The notes beneath the pieces were generated by a model. That model saw only the letters and a program-made list of their open reading frames with translations, did not search any database and was not told where the DNA came from. Positions 42,787 to 60,660 of a stretch of 64,000 nt of DNA are shown here, piece by piece. The translations under genes were made by a program, and so were the position numbers. This DNA comes from Adineta vaga (taxonomy: Eukaryota; Animalia; Rotifera). The stretch lies in NCBI GenBank assembly GCA_021613535.1, contig CP075494.1, positions 12,338,001 to 12,402,000 of the forward strand. The letters are read 5' to 3'. Positions within the stretch are counted from its first letter, which is position 1. The number at the start of each line of letters is the position of its first letter.

Positions 42787-45476
42787 ATGTTTTCCTATAG
42801 TAATGCATCATTAGTACCACCGGATCAGTATGAACAACATTCTTACAATCAAAATTTATCTCCAACATGTACAACCAATAATATTCGTTATAAATCAACA
42901 CCAAATGTTGCCTTTTCTTCTGATAATCAGGTACGTTCAAAGATTTCGAACAACTCATAAGGAAACTCGACGATCGTTAGAAAGAGGCGTTCTTTGTTTT
43001 CAAACGGTAACAAAGAATTGTGTTCATACATAATTGACTTACTAAGATGGTAATTATTCAACATTGTCAGATATTCTAAGTAGTAAAACTTTCTTTTTTT
43101 TTCTTAGTTTAAAAAGAACATGGCATATTAAATTGAGTTATTTCTGCATTGTGACATACTCAATCATATTAAAGTTTATTTCATATTTCGAAATGATTGA
43201 TCGACATATTCGAAGTCTAATTTCAATATAATGTCAGCCTATATATCATCTCGTCTTTTGTAGATGAATAATAAGACGAAAGATAGTGTATCGGAAAATT
43301 CTAAGAAGCTTAAATCTATGAGAAACTTGATTTACGTTTGTTGTTACAACGACATTTCCTTTTTTAATCATGAATAATCATTTATCGAGAAAACGAGTTA
43401 AAAGTTTATATAAAATAGTCATGTATGCACGAATGGTGACATGTTATTTCCTACAAATGCTTATCCATTGTAATAAACTATCGACATAATCTATTTGAAG
43501 ATATTTCTAAAAAAAGAAATATTCGTAAACAAAGTGTATCAAGAAAAAAGCTGATAATTAGAAGAAAAGAACTAGCTAAGAGATTTTTCCTTCTCAGGAA
43601 AACATTACCGACACGCGAAGATCAAAAACTATTCGCATTGATAAAATTGACACTTATGAATATAAATATAGATTTCTCGTTCAATTTGTTCTTTTACTGA
43701 TTACTTTCTTTCTAAAGTGAGATAGTGTGAAACATGCGAGAAAAAAGAATTATCTATTCGAGAAAGGAGCAGAAGAAAATATGCGAAAAAATGATTAGAT
43801 CGAGTTTTTCTTTTTTTTTTTTATTTGTTCATCTGTTTCTGTGCGTGTGTTCTTCTCTTCTTACGAAATAGCGACATAGAATACAAGAAGAAGAAGAAGA
43901 AGAAGGAAAAAGAGAAATAGCTATTCTAAAATGTGTAGAACAGGATATTGCAAATAAGTTTTTCAACAACAATCTCTTATAAACACGCACATCAATATAA
44001 TCTGTAGGAAAACAACATTGATAATTTTTGAAGTTATGGATCGACGAAGACTATCTGTTTATGTGAATCTATTAGGTACAACAGATGCTATGACACATAT
44101 TAATCATCTAAATGTAAGTCTTGAAAGAATTATTTCCGATTAAAAACTATAATGTCAACAAAGTCATAATTTATTCACAGAATATATGAGTATATGAATG
44201 TAAGTTACTCATTCATATTTTAGTTGTCTCACTTGAATAAATAAAATAGTTCTTTATAACATATATATAACCTCTTGAAAATCAATAATCGAATCGTTCA
44301 AATAGAAAGAAGAAAGTCATCGAAAATAGTCTTTCATAGTGTAATATTACTATAAAATATTATGAATATGTTGTAGAAAAATGAAACTAATCTCGATAGT
44401 TTTTCTCTCATGAGAATCGAATCTAAAGTTATTTATTTATTTATTTATTAATTTATGCAAAAAAATGAACGTCATTGCAGTTAAGTAAATGGATACATTT
44501 TTCAATTATCTAGACGGATCAACGACGCTTGTCCGACAGTCCATTACTTCGATTACCCAATTATCATATACACTATCCAGAAGAGTTCGGTGGGAGTGAA
44601 TCGTGTATGTTAAAACAAAAAAATTCTTCATTATCCATGCTTTTGGATTCAACAAGTTCAATGATGCGTACAGCTTCAACAACATTTCAATGTCTTATTG
44701 GATCTTTACGACGAGCTTCGTATTGTGGTGAACCTGATCCAACTATTCAATTATCTGCAGCTGGTAATAGTGGTTCACTTTATTTATTTCCTGGAGCAGC
44801 AAATTCAAATGAATCATCCATATCGAATATGTCTTACGAAGAACAAAAACGTACAGTAACTATTTATGATGGAAAAGTTCCGACAGCATCATCAACACCA
44901 GCATTCCCATTTGAATTAATGACACCAATCGATGCTATTACTCAAACAGTTGACGATCCTGTGGAATCGTTTGTACAAATTGTTCTCGAAGAACCAGATG
45001 GTCGACCACCGATTATGTTACCTTTATCTTCATCACGTCGAAGTTCAATCTCTCGACATCGACATCGAAGTACATCGCCAAATTCTCGATCGATAAATGA
45101 ATCATTAACAATAGTAGACAAATCACCTACTGATACAAAATCCTTACCGATAATAGAATTATTTAATTCATTGGAAATCTATAGTCAACCACCCGAAAAT
45201 GTTGAACCAATGGATTTTTCATTTCTTGAACCAGTGCTAAGAGGTGAAAGTGCAGCTCCACCTCCCATACGTCTACCAAGTACTCGACAAACATCTGTAC
45301 CAAATGCTACAATAAATAAAGATTCAAAAATTGATTTTCATTCATCATTATCTTCAACAACAACGATCAAAAATATTCCATCGTCTTTACCATTAAAACT
45401 ATCGACGAGTACAACTAATACTGAGCATACAATTACGTCTACGTCGTGTTTAAAAGTACCACGTTCTACTAATTGA
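42787..45476 (+). CDS. Unknown Ser/Pro/Thr-rich protein; main exon 44514-45476 with two candidate phase-0 first exons (42787-42930 and 44036-44113)
   Basis: 315-aa ORF preceded by a TAG acceptor at 44511-44513; both upstream ATG exons end in GT donors in frame. No recognisable domain. Confidence 0.6.
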
Positions 45477-46624
45477 AATGATCTTTTTCCTTTCGTGTGT
45501 ATTATACTTATTGTTATGAAATTCTTTTTCTGCATGATTAAATAAGTCAATATACAAGCTTTCATTTGTAATCACTCTATAATATACTTGTGAACTTAAC
45601 TGCTTAATATAATCAAGTGTTATGAAAAGTAATTGAGTTTCGATTCCAACGTTCTTCATGAGATTCTTCAAAATTTGAAGATTTCACATCGGTTAAACGG
45701 TGCACGTTTGTTATTTGCATGTATATAGTTGCTCAATATGCATGAATAAACAGAATATGAAAGCGTAGATAACGCAAATTTTCCATTTCTTAGCTCACGT
45801 GGATAACTGCATGAATGAATCATTTGTCATCTCCTTAGTCAAAAATAAGTTAAATTACATAGCAGCAATTGTGTCATCTGTCCATCAGCAGATATCTTTA
45901 TAGAACTAGTTGTTTTCTGTTAATTTTCTACATTGATAAATTGCCGAGTAAAACAAACACATCTCATTATCCTATATCCAAACTAAATATAGTACATGCT
46001 ATCAATCGTAAGATAGTACTCATATATAATAAATTAACATGTCAAATCCTATTCGAATATATTTGTATGAGATAATATGATGTTCAGATAAAACTGACAA
46101 AATATGTTAATTACACTTTAATGCATTTTCGGTTTTACATAAGAACTCATTCATATTTTCAAAGAAACACGATATTTATCGAAAGAACTTCGAAATATAA
46201 TCGTGATTATTTTTAAATATCCGCACATTTGTATTATAAAACGGTTGATATTAAACTACAGAGAAGTATTCATATGTTATTCGGTGCAAGAAGGTATTAG
46301 TTTTCTCCAAAATTTTATTCACAAAAGCCAAACTACAAATGGAAAATGAACGCATATATTCATACAGTTATTCTGTACATTCATTATCTTTTTCGTCAAT
46401 TCAGACAACTAGAAAAACAAAAAAGAAATTCACTACAAAAAGAAAACAAATGTTATACAAAGACATGTCTATGAGACAAAAACACGCGCTCATAGTTCAT
46501 ATGACTAAACACTAGAAATAATAGAAAAGGAGTAAAAATGATTTTAAAGTTTTGTTTGGACAAAAAGTACACAGACACACACACATAGAAATTACAAAAC
46601 AGTGAAAAGTAAATAACACTAAAA

Positions 46625-49600
46625 TTAAATCTTGTCGATAAGATCGTCAAGATCGTCCCAACTTTCTTGACTTGGAGCATTACCAATTGAACTTACTCCA
46701 TCATCAAGCATTGCTAATTGTTCCATTGCATCTAACATACTACCATTTTCTGTATGAGTTTCACCCATACATTGCGTTTCAGTTGTTGTTGTCGTTGTGG
46801 ATATTTGTGTATCACCATTTGTTATTGTTGTTACTTGTTCTTTGGCAACAGCTCTACTTCTGGTAGTCATTGCCATACCTCGATCTTCTTGAATGGCTGT
46901 TGCTGCTGCAGTCGTCGTCACTGTTGTCATCGTCGTTGTTGTTGTTGTTATTTCTGTTGATTGAGCAGCAACAGCAGCTTGCAGTTGTTTATCTTTTCGA
47001 ATCATAGCTGATGCTGTTGCTGCAGTTGATTTTGTTTTTGTATCAACAATCGGATCATCTTCGAAATCGGATCTTAACCATTCAATCATATCTGTAAATA
47101 GACAAACGCCATTTTGTGTTGGTTTTATTTGCATCATTGACATTTCATATGGATCATGTAAATCATCATCATCAAGGTAATCTTCTTCTTTTTCTTTGTT
47201 GTTATTATAATCTAAGAAATTTGATGCATATTGTTGTTGATGAATTTTATAATGATTTCGTAAACGTATGGCTGATGGAATATATTGTTTGCAAATTGAA
47301 CAAACACGTGAAGGTAACTTGACTTGTAATGATGGACAACAAGCATCAAATGGTAATAAATCATTATGTGTACGATTGATCACAATACCATGAAATTGTA
47401 TACGTTGAAAAAGATTACCATAAAATGGTGAAATAGGATTTGATGCAGCAGATGATGACTCAATTTCAGCCATTTTGACACCACGTGATGAACGATTAAA
47501 TGGTACAGGCGGCGGAAGAAAACGATGAGGAAATACTTGAATATAATTTGAACGCCATGGTGTACAACATGATGGATTATTACAGCGAATGATTTGAATT
47601 GTATATTGAGTTTGAACAACATGTGTTGCACACCAATATCTAAAATGAGAAAAATTTTCTTTTCAAATCTGCTCACTAAAAATCTGTATCGACAACTATC
47701 ATAATATCTCAAATAAAAGTCCCATATTATGATCTTTATTATCTCTAATTTTCGAATTCTTCTTTTCACTTACTCATCAATGTCGCATTCGGTCTTGATT
47801 TCTGTCGTTGCAATCGTCGGAGCTGGACGTGTTTGAGTAACACGTTGATCGAGTGGTGCTTCTTCTTCTTCTTCTGCACAGATCCTACAAAAATATCAAA
47901 ATCTTTATGACTTTATTCCTTCACATTTTGATTTTATCCTACCGATCAATGATACTATCTAAAGCTAATGTACTGTCCGCCATTTTAAGTTGTTCATCAA
48001 CTAATGGCGATGGATTAATATATTCAGCAACAACAGGATATTCATCAAGTACATTCATACTCCAAACTTCTGCTAACACATCTCCAGTTTGTTTAAAATT
48101 TGTTTTTTCTAATTCTGCATGCTCCGTTACACCACAATCATTTAAATGTGTACCGAAATGATCATGTGGAAGGATAAGGCCTGCTAAATCATGTGATAAT
48201 GGTGATAAACGTCGTTCTACAACATTGAATAAAGTTTGACCTGGTGCTTGATTAAGAATAATCAATGCATCAAGATTATATTTTTTAAATTTATCAATAG
48301 CTGCCGATAATGTTTTGGAATAACGGGTATTATTTTCTGTATTACTAGCATCGACATTAAGAACAACAATTGGTTTCACACGACCAAGATGATCACGTGC
48401 AAATTTTTCGAATTCTTTTAATTGTACTAATCGATCAAAATCGATAGCATGAATTTCATGAGTAAGTCGATCATGTTTACCGGAACGAATTGTGACATAT
48501 GTAGGACCAGCATAACCAATTAAACCGGTTTCATCAATAAGTGATGCAGCATAAACACTAATAATAGAACGTTCGTAGAAAAAAAACGGAAAGAAGATCC
48601 ACAGCAATCACTTACCATGGTGTATATTGATGACGCGCATTACTAGTTGATGTTAATGGTGATTCAGCTGAACTCATTTCATAGTCCATATGCATAATAA
48701 GTGGTGCTTGACCTTTTGCTGACGGTCGTCCAATACTAACTTTAGCTTTCGTATCTTGTGTTAAGTAGAATACACAATCATTACCAAAGATACCAGCTAA
48801 ATCTTTGATATGTCGTAAGGAAGCAGCAGTAAAATGACAATCTAAAATAAATAAAGGCATTATAGAATTTTATGGTAGATAGAATATAATAACAAACCTT
48901 CATGTTTTTGAATTGCTTCAATTGTTTGTAATTTGCGAAGACGAACAGGAACAGTAATAACATGTTTCTTTCCATCATGAGATAATGAACGATTTGGCAT
49001 AAGACTAAATAGATAGAGAATAAGGATAGTTTTTATCCATTTATTACACGTACCGATAGTAGAGTGATGATTTTCGAATTTCATAACCACGTTCTTTGAT
49101 TTTATCTTTTAGATCATCTAATGAGACACATGCTTTTCCTTTATTATCCGATACTCCACCAACACGTGCAATTTCAGCAATAATCTGTAAAAGATCTGGA
49201 CAATCATCTTCAATTTGCATACGCATTGTAGATGGTCGAAAAATTTTCGAAAGTTCAGCAGCAACTTCTGGATTAGATGCACATAATTGTTCGACGCGAC
49301 GTTTCTTTCGTTCTCGATATCGTGTTGATGCACGTTGTTTGGATTGAAGACGTTTCAAATCAGTTGTACGTTGTTTCTTTTGTTCAATTAATTTTTTTAA
49401 TGTCTTCTGATTTTCAGCTGTTAGTAAACCCATACTTTTTACTTGAATTAAATTAGCAATACGTTCAGATATTTCTTTCAAATCTTTTAAAACAGATTCC
49501 TGTGCAGGTGTTTTTATTTTTTCATTTTCTTCCTTTTCAGCTTTGGCTTTCGCTGCTTGTGCTTTCTTTTTCGCAGCTTTAGCATTTGATCGAGCAATCC

Positions 49601-50054
49601 AAGGCTTTTCTTTGGCTAAAGTTTCTTCATCCATATCTTCTGCTGCCTGATTATTTCGTTTACTGAATGTTGGCGCTTCTGATTCGACAAAATCTGGATC
49701 AAAATTTGGGTCTTCATCTTCAGATGAATGTGAACGTTTACGAATACTTTTTTTCGAAGTAACTTTTTTTGCAGGAGCTATTGTTGTTTCAGCTGTTGTA
49801 CTTGCACCAGATTTATTCCAAGTGTCGAGATATTCAGCAATTTTCTTTCGAACTAATTCTTCATCTTTTTTTATTTCATTCCATTCAGTTTGTGCACTAT
49901 GATGTGAAGTCTTGAGAGAAAAGAGAACGTATATAAATACAACTGAAGATTTTCAGTTTAGAATACTTACGCAGCGAGTCATTTTCGGATGACCTTTCAT
50001 GAAGGCATCGACAAATTCTCGATATAAACAATATCGAGGACTTTTATGCGCCAT
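46625..50054 (-). CDS. Intron-containing gene derived from a DDE transposase (ISAzo13/IS630/Sola-like motif set), with N-terminal helical region, a C2H2 finger and a Thr-rich tail
   Basis: Spliced exons give QDTKAKVSIG..QAPLIMHMDY, GPTYVTIRSGKH, KPIVVLNVDA, NQAPGQTLFNVVERRLSPLSHDLAG..LPHDHFG.HL and FDACCPSL..RVCSICKQY..LRNHYKIH. Confidence 0.7.
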
Positions 50055-51149
50055 TTATTCTTGACTATTAATACACGAACTAAGTTGATGTGATAAATAA
50101 AAATGATGGGGGGGGTTCCTATCCAACAACGACGACGATGACCGACCGGGAAGTAGTAGATAGTATGAAGTGAACGCGAGGCAAATGAACAGAAGAAAAA
50201 ACGACGAGAATAGTAAAAGCGGACACAAACACACTATTTGATGATCACCATTGTATACGAGAAGAAAATGTTCGAGTACGACGACGTGACCGTAAGATGA
50301 CCCCTTGATAGAAGCGAATATGAACTGGACGTGATCAACGCTTATATCTATTGGTAGAAGGGTCTATGAAGGAAAGAATAGAAAAAAAAGAACGACGCGA
50401 TCACGAGAATATCTGACCCCAAGACGAGTTGTCCATATACCACGTCCATGATGAGTGAGAGTAAAAAGAATAAGACTTATCTTGAATGTCTATTGAAGAA
50501 AACTGATTGGTCCTTTGTGTCAGTTATATTGACTATGATAAGTAATTGCACACGAAGGTGATATTGAGAAGTAATGAATCTCTCCTTTATTTGAAAAAGG
50601 AGATCCGATTCATTTTTATAAATTTTTGTTCACAGAGTAACAAATAACGTAAGTTTTATATTCAATATCATCAACGATAAAATAAACAATATAGATTCAG
50701 TTGTTTATGCAAAATCCGAGTAAATTTCAAATAGATTTTGTTGAATTCTATTCTAATTAGAAATAAATTTCCATTGATACCGAAAACAATCGACATAAGA
50801 GATGTTGATCATATTCAAATTGCTTGTGATTTTTTTGACTGCGTGATTTTTAAACGAAATTTTTTTTGTTCCATTACTCTTTCAATTAGTGATAATGAAT
50901 GAAATCAGGAAAAAAATTCTTCATGTATTCCAATTTCTAAATGTGATACTTAATATCCCGATCATTCATAAGGTTATTTGTTTTAAATTCTTTTTCGAAT
51001 ATCCGAGAAAACGAACGAATGAGAAAAAGAGGAACTTCATGTTTATTCTGTGTTTGCAGAGAAAAAAAAGTGTAACAAATATAAAACGAATGGTAATGAA
51101 ATCGTTTCGATGCAATTGTTCTATATTTGATCCACTCATTTAAAATAAA

Positions 51150-52074
51150 TTAAGCTATTTGTGCTAAATAATCTTTGACTTCAGCAGGTGTCAAACGACG
51201 AAAACCTTCTTTATCACAAATACCAATTTCTATATTGTCTTCAGTCATTTGTCCTTCGAATGATTCTTTAAGTGTTAAGATAGCTGTATGAACAGCATCT
51301 TCTAGAGCTAATTGATCAGAATATCTATAAAATAGAAATCCAATTATGTTTCGAAGAAATAAAAATGATCAATAATACCGTTTTTCAAGAAAAGTTTTAC
51401 CATTCACATAATTACGACCAATAGCTGTTGCTTTCCATGGAAAATAGGAACCCTATAGAATAATAACAAAGTATTATTTGAAGGAAAAAATCAGAATAAT
51501 ACTTACCGATGGATCACATTGATATAGAAATGGACGATCTTCATCATAATCATAACCACAGAGAAGTAGAGATACACCAAATGGACGAACACCACTGAAA
51601 TTTATCATGAGATTATATACGACTGATTAAAAATTGAGAGAACAAACCCGGATTGAGTATATTCTTGCATAACATCAGCTACTCGTTTGACGAGTTGTGT
51701 TGGTGGTACATTTTGTTCATAGATAAGCATATATTCTTGAGCTAATTTACGTGCCTTTTGAACAAGTAATCTATATAGAATAAATACGAATTTCAATCAT
51801 TCAAACAAGAAAATGATCTCTTCTACCGGTAATCAGGACCCATGCCACTGTAGACAAGTCCCATATTTTTACAAATTGGTTCTACTTTATGAATTGTTCG
51901 ATCATCATGTAATAATGATTTACTCTTTTTTTCAGTCGCTAATACAACACCATTCAATGCTTTAATGCCAACAGCTGGCGAACCAGCATTTACGGCATTG
52001 AGTGCATATTCAATTTGAACAAGTTTACCCGATGGACTGAATGTTGTTAATGAAAATCCGTATCGTTCTGACAT
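51150..52074 (-). CDS. PSMA2: Proteasome subunit alpha type-2
   Basis: [66 protein letters not shown] and [18 protein letters not shown]. Confidence 0.97.
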
Positions 52075-52290
52075 AATTCTTTTTTTATTAAAATTGATAA
52101 AATCTGAAAAGAAAATTATAAATTCGATCAAAATTGATTTCACATTAATTGTTTTAATTAGCAATAGTAACGTTTTTAATTTCATCAGAATATAAAGATT
52201 ATCTCCTCAATACCAGACATGTTTTTAAACCTGTATTTTCAAGCTGAAAGAAAGAAAAAACAATATACAAAAAACAGAAACGAACGATTA

Positions 52291-55425
<3,135 letters not shown>

Positions 55426-57072
55426 TTTGAAGTCGAAAATAAATGAAAATGGCTTAGTAAACTGAACTGAAGCAATATTATTCTATATTATCACAATTAC
55501 AAAAGAATTTCTCGCTGGTTATGGTCGTTTTGGTAAACCAATCGACAATAACTGTGGTAATAGATGGCGTCATTGAAATAAAAAAATCTCGAATCGTATG
55601 CATTGTCTCATTTTAATTTCGCAAGGTTAGATAAGAATTATGCTTGTATAGAAGTGATATCATTTTAGAAGTCTTTTCTAAATTCAAATTATGCAATTCT
55701 ACATTGATATTGCAGTACAATTTCTGGGAATACTATTTCATAATATTGTAACGATGTTTCTCAAAATGTGCAGTAAATTGCAGTTATTTCCTTCGTTTTA
55801 TTATGATTAATGATTATCAGAAGATTGTACAACCTTTATATTCTCTTGCAATATTGTGGAATGTACTAATCCTTGAGCTGTTTTGAAAGTCAGAAACTAA
55901 CGTTATTAGATGATAAGAATATGCATAGTTATATAGTTTTTCAGAGGTTATACTGAACCAATAAAGCAAACAGTGGGCATTACTTTATAATATTTTGATT
56001 CAGATAGCTCTATATTTGTAATTCTGACAAATATGTATAAATAGACATTCGTTTCTAGTCAAAATAGGAATTATATGCAAAATATTTTATTTGGTTATAT
56101 TGATTTTTGTGTATTGATAGGTAATGCTCAAGAACGATTACTTCGATAGAACTTTGTGCACACAAAGAAAAAGTGCAAATATAAATCTCTGACTATACTC
56201 AAAAAATGAAAATCAATATTGAAGACTAGTCATACATATAATATATTAGTCCTTCATTATTCATATCGACGTATTTTCATGCTGTGACTAACTATTAGCT
56301 TTACGCTTCGAGCAAGTATTTGCTCATGTCATCGTCAAAATCAATCTGTTTTCTTTTTAAATATGACAAGCTGTTCAGATATGATCAAATTATTTCAATT
56401 ACTACAAGTATAAATTAGTAATATATTAAAATAATTCGATCTATTATTGATAATATCAATGTATATCGCTATTTGCATGTCTTCTTTTTTTTATATGTAA
56501 CTCATTTATATGCTTCGAAATCCTTGAAACAGTTTTAGATAAAATATAGTATACGTTTTTTGTTCTAGCCGATAACCGATGACATCTGTCGTATAGATTT
56601 ATTCAAATAAAATTCTATTGGTGAACAGATATATATTCGTTCTTTTTTCTCTTTCTTTAACATTTTTTTTTCTTTTTCTCGTCGTTGTGTTGCTTTCAGT
56701 CTTCCTTAGTTAGATTTTTTTCTTCTTTTTCTTTTTGGTTTTTTTTCTTCTTTTTCTCTTCATCATCTATTTCTTTGCCTAGTTGCTGTCGCCCGTCGAC
56801 CTTGTTTCTCCACCTACCCTTCTCCTCTCTTTCTATTTCTTCTTTCTCTCGCTCGTTCGAATGCGCATATACACTCAAATCGACATCGCCCCATTCATCG
56901 CGATCACTTCTTTTTTTTCTTTTCTTTCCTCAGGACTTTGCACGCAACGAACACAAGAGAAAAAGAAAAAGAATAAAAAAAATCACTACCACTACTATCA
57001 ACCGAACGATATGTATGCTGATAGTTGTTTCTGTCTTTGACAACGTTGTTCTTTACTTTCTCTTCCTCCCTC

Positions 57073-57094
57073 CCTCTCTCTCTCTCTCTCTCTC
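57073..57094. repeat. (CT)n / GAGA microsatellite upstream of zinc-finger gene copy 1
   Basis: Perfect CT dinucleotide run; a similar CT-rich tract lies at ~59160-59195 upstream of copy 2. Confidence 0.8.
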
Positions 57095-57182
57095 TTTCGC
57101 TTTCTCTCTCATTGAAAAGAGAACACAGAACATTTTCGTCCATTCTCTTTTTTTTATTAAATAACTCATATTTTTGAGACTA

Positions 57183-58674
57183 ATGACCAAGAAAAACGAT
57201 CAGATTAATACCATGTCGGGTGGTGGGAATAACACAACGACGAATGGTACAATTATTGTTCAACCACAAACTACGATTGAACATCAACAGCCACAACATT
57301 TTGTATTATCGGCCGTAAATAACTCAGCACCTATGATTATCACGACTCCTCTAGGTAAACTAAATTAATTGATTTATAAACTTTCATGAAAATTTCCTCT
57401 AGCTGTTCCTTCTATGATTACTCAACAATTGCCAACCATTACAACGAACACCCAACAACAACAACAACAACAATCAATAACACCTACGATTTCTACTCCC
57501 GCTGTTTCTTCTAATCTACCAAATCAAACTAAATTGACAAAAGGACCAACACAAGAACGACTTGTTTGTAGTCTTTGTAATAAAATCTATCGATCATCAG
57601 CTGGTCTTCGATATCATAAACGGAAACGACATCGAGGTATGGAAGAAAAACACCTATTAGCAATCACTGTAGACACTTCTTTTTGTTTTATTATATTAGA
57701 CGAAGGTATGCTTAAACCAACTCAATTGCATCGTGTACGATGCTTAGAAAATGGATGTACTTATCAAATGCTTGCTATCTCTGACCTGAGAAATCATTTG
57801 GCCAATCATCATTTAAAACCCGAATATAAGACAACGGAAGAGAAAAAATTCAATTCATTTGCTGGTAGGGTATTTTATTTATCCACGGATATTATGATAA
57901 TAGCATTAAATAATGAGTTCCGGTTAATGAAGAAATCTAAATTTTATATAGATCTTTTCGAAGTTGTCTAGTTTCTCAACATATGATTCTATATTTTCAG
58001 AATTTACTGAATGGAAATCTGCTTTCGAACAAAATAGTGGTTCGAAATATGTAAAAAATTGTGGTTCAAAAGGTAAATCCGAGAATCAAACAACTGAATA
58101 TTATTATTGCAACCGAACTGGACTTTGTATGTAGATTTCTTTGAAAGAAAAAAAATATCAACGATTCAAATAAAAAATATTGTTTAGATAAACAAACTCG
58201 TCAAGGTTGGCGTCGTAATTCTAAAAGTATGGATTCTCTTCGTTGTGGAATACATTGTACATCATCAATGAAAGTTGACATTGCACGAAATGACCAAATC
58301 TCCGTACAGTATTATCCCACCCACTATGGACACACTGCTGAACCACCTTTACAAGCTCCTGCAACAGCTACGAATGCTATTGTTGGAAAAACTAATAGTG
58401 AATTAGTTGAACATTCATCTGTTCAACAGCAAACAATTCCGTCCATTCAAACTGTTGTTCATGCAGCTGTTCAACAATCCCAAACGACTACAGATCATTG
58501 TGTACGACTTCAACATCAACATCATACCCAAACATCAAGTATCATCATTAATATTGCACCTGTAAGTGTTTTTTAGCTACTTTTTTTCTTTAAAACATAT
58601 CAAACAATTGACATTTTTTCTATCAAATTATTTTCTTTTTTCAGGTAAATACAACAATCATCAAATGCGTGTGA
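57183..58674 (+). CDS. C2H2 zinc-finger plus WRKY/GCM/FAR1-like zinc-ribbon protein, copy 1
   Basis: CSLCNKIYRSSAGLRYHKRKRH, CLENGC..LRNHLANHH, EFTEWKSAFEQNSGSKYVK, YYYCNRTG and CGIHCTSSMKV..VQYYPTHYGH. Confidence 0.8.
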
Positions 58675-59344
58675 CTTTCGTGTGTACTATATATATATCT
58701 ATCTATCTATCATCAAAAATTCTTTCTTCTCTTGTGGAACAACGAACAATAGATGATTACGACAATATTTCCGATTATGAAAGACAAATCGAGATCCATT
58801 TTTCTAAGTCGTCTAACAGTGAAAAGTATGTCTTATAAAAAAAATTGAGAAACAAAAACAGAAAGGAGAAGAAAAATCAGATTTGCTTTTTTTGTACATT
58901 TTTTGCATGTAACACCCGGTCTCTCAATAAAACACATACATATACGCGCGTACCTTTTCCCCGTGGATATATATATATATATACATACATGTATGATGAA
59001 TAAAAACATTGTCGTTTTGGGTTTTTGTGTTGATAAACATTTTCATTGGTTTTGTCACTTCTGATTTTTTTTTTCTTTTTTTTTTGTCTATCTCACTATT
59101 TCTATGTTACTCTTTAATCAACAACATATTTGTCTGTTTTGTAGCGATGCCTTTTCGTTTCTCTCTCTTTCTTTCTTTCTTTCTCTCTCTCTCTCACCGT
59201 CTTCTTCCAAAAGTTTTGTTCGTTCGTTTTTTTTTATTTCGAATACAAATGAGAAAAGGAAAGCGACTTGTGAATGATACCGGAAGAGATTGATTGTACG
59301 TGTATGATTACTTATTTTCTCTTTTAGATATCATTGTTGTTATT

Positions 59345-60626
59345 ATGACGAGAAAAAGTTCGTCGGCAGCATCATCGCCGTCGAATTCCTTTGATAATGC
59401 AAGTTCAGTAGGTCGATATGTGTGTTCAATGTGTTCAAAAGTTTATCGGTCCGGTGCTGGCTTACGTTATCATAAACGCAAAAGACATCGTGGTAAGTTA
59501 GTCTTCATCAAGTAATTGATTTGTTTCTCAATAGATAAAAACTAATTTTTCAAAACAAAAAAAAATTTGCCAATAAAAATTGTTTCTTGTCTTTCTTTTT
59601 TGTTGGCGAAGGCATGGTCGAACCCACAGCACTTCATCGAGTCAAATGTCAAGAGTTCGGTTGTGGTTATCAGATGTTAGCTATCTCTGATCTTCGGTAA
59701 GTTTTCAATTATAATCTTTGATTTTGATAGAAAGGGTAGACCGTTATTCTTTTGAATGATATCTGGAGGAGAAAAGATATACACCGACGATTTGAAAGAG
59801 CTCACTATCATAGATGACATAATATAATATGATTTTCTTTTTAATTTAGCAATCATCTTGCTAATCATCATCAAAAACCTGAATATAAATGTACAGAAGA
59901 GAAAAAATTCACAAGTCTTGTAGGTAATAATGACAATAAAAGGAGATCTATCATTATTGGAGTTGTAATTCTATTCTCTTTGTTATCTACTTTGCAGATT
60001 TTACTGATTGGAAATCTTCGTTCGAAAGTAGTACCGGTTCTAAATATGTGAAAAATTGTGGTGCCAAAGGAAAATCTGATAATCAAACAACTGAATACTA
60101 CTATTGTAATCGAACAGGACCCTGTGAGTGAAATCAATTAAAAAATTCTTCTTTGAAAAGTTTACAACCGTTTAAGATAAAACAGATGGTCAAGGTCTTC
60201 GTCGGAATAAAGTTCAAGGTTCATTACGTGGTGGTATTCATTGTACATCATCAATGAAAGTTGAAATACAAAATGATGAACATATTACTGTTCAATATTA
60301 TCCTGCACATTATGGGCATTCAAATTTACCAGCAACTGATGATCCTCATTTATCTGAAAATAGTATGACTATCACCGGTGTTAATACTCATCATCCTCAT
60401 CAACAACAACAACAACAACAGCAACAACATCAACAACAACAAGATAATTCCCATCACGGTGGTGATCGTTCATCGTCATCATCACCAGGTTCGTCTTCAA
60501 CCAGTCCATCGGGTGGTTCAAATTCAAATTCAAATTATCCACCACCAGCTCTCGAAAGACAATCGATAACAATATCTAATTCTTTTCCAAAAACTTTTAA
60601 TCATAATGTTCACAACAACATTAATC

Positions 60627-60660
<34 letters not shown>

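Noticed and set aside
50280-50430. Loosely repeated gacccc-containing motifs upstream of the transposase-derived gene as possible terminal repeats
   Set aside because: Too short and degenerate, with no counterpart found at the other end of the gene.
56685-57164. 159-aa Phe/Ser-rich ORF and its Lys/Glu-rich antisense ORFs
   Set aside because: Produced by CT/T-rich promoter and 5' UTR sequence.
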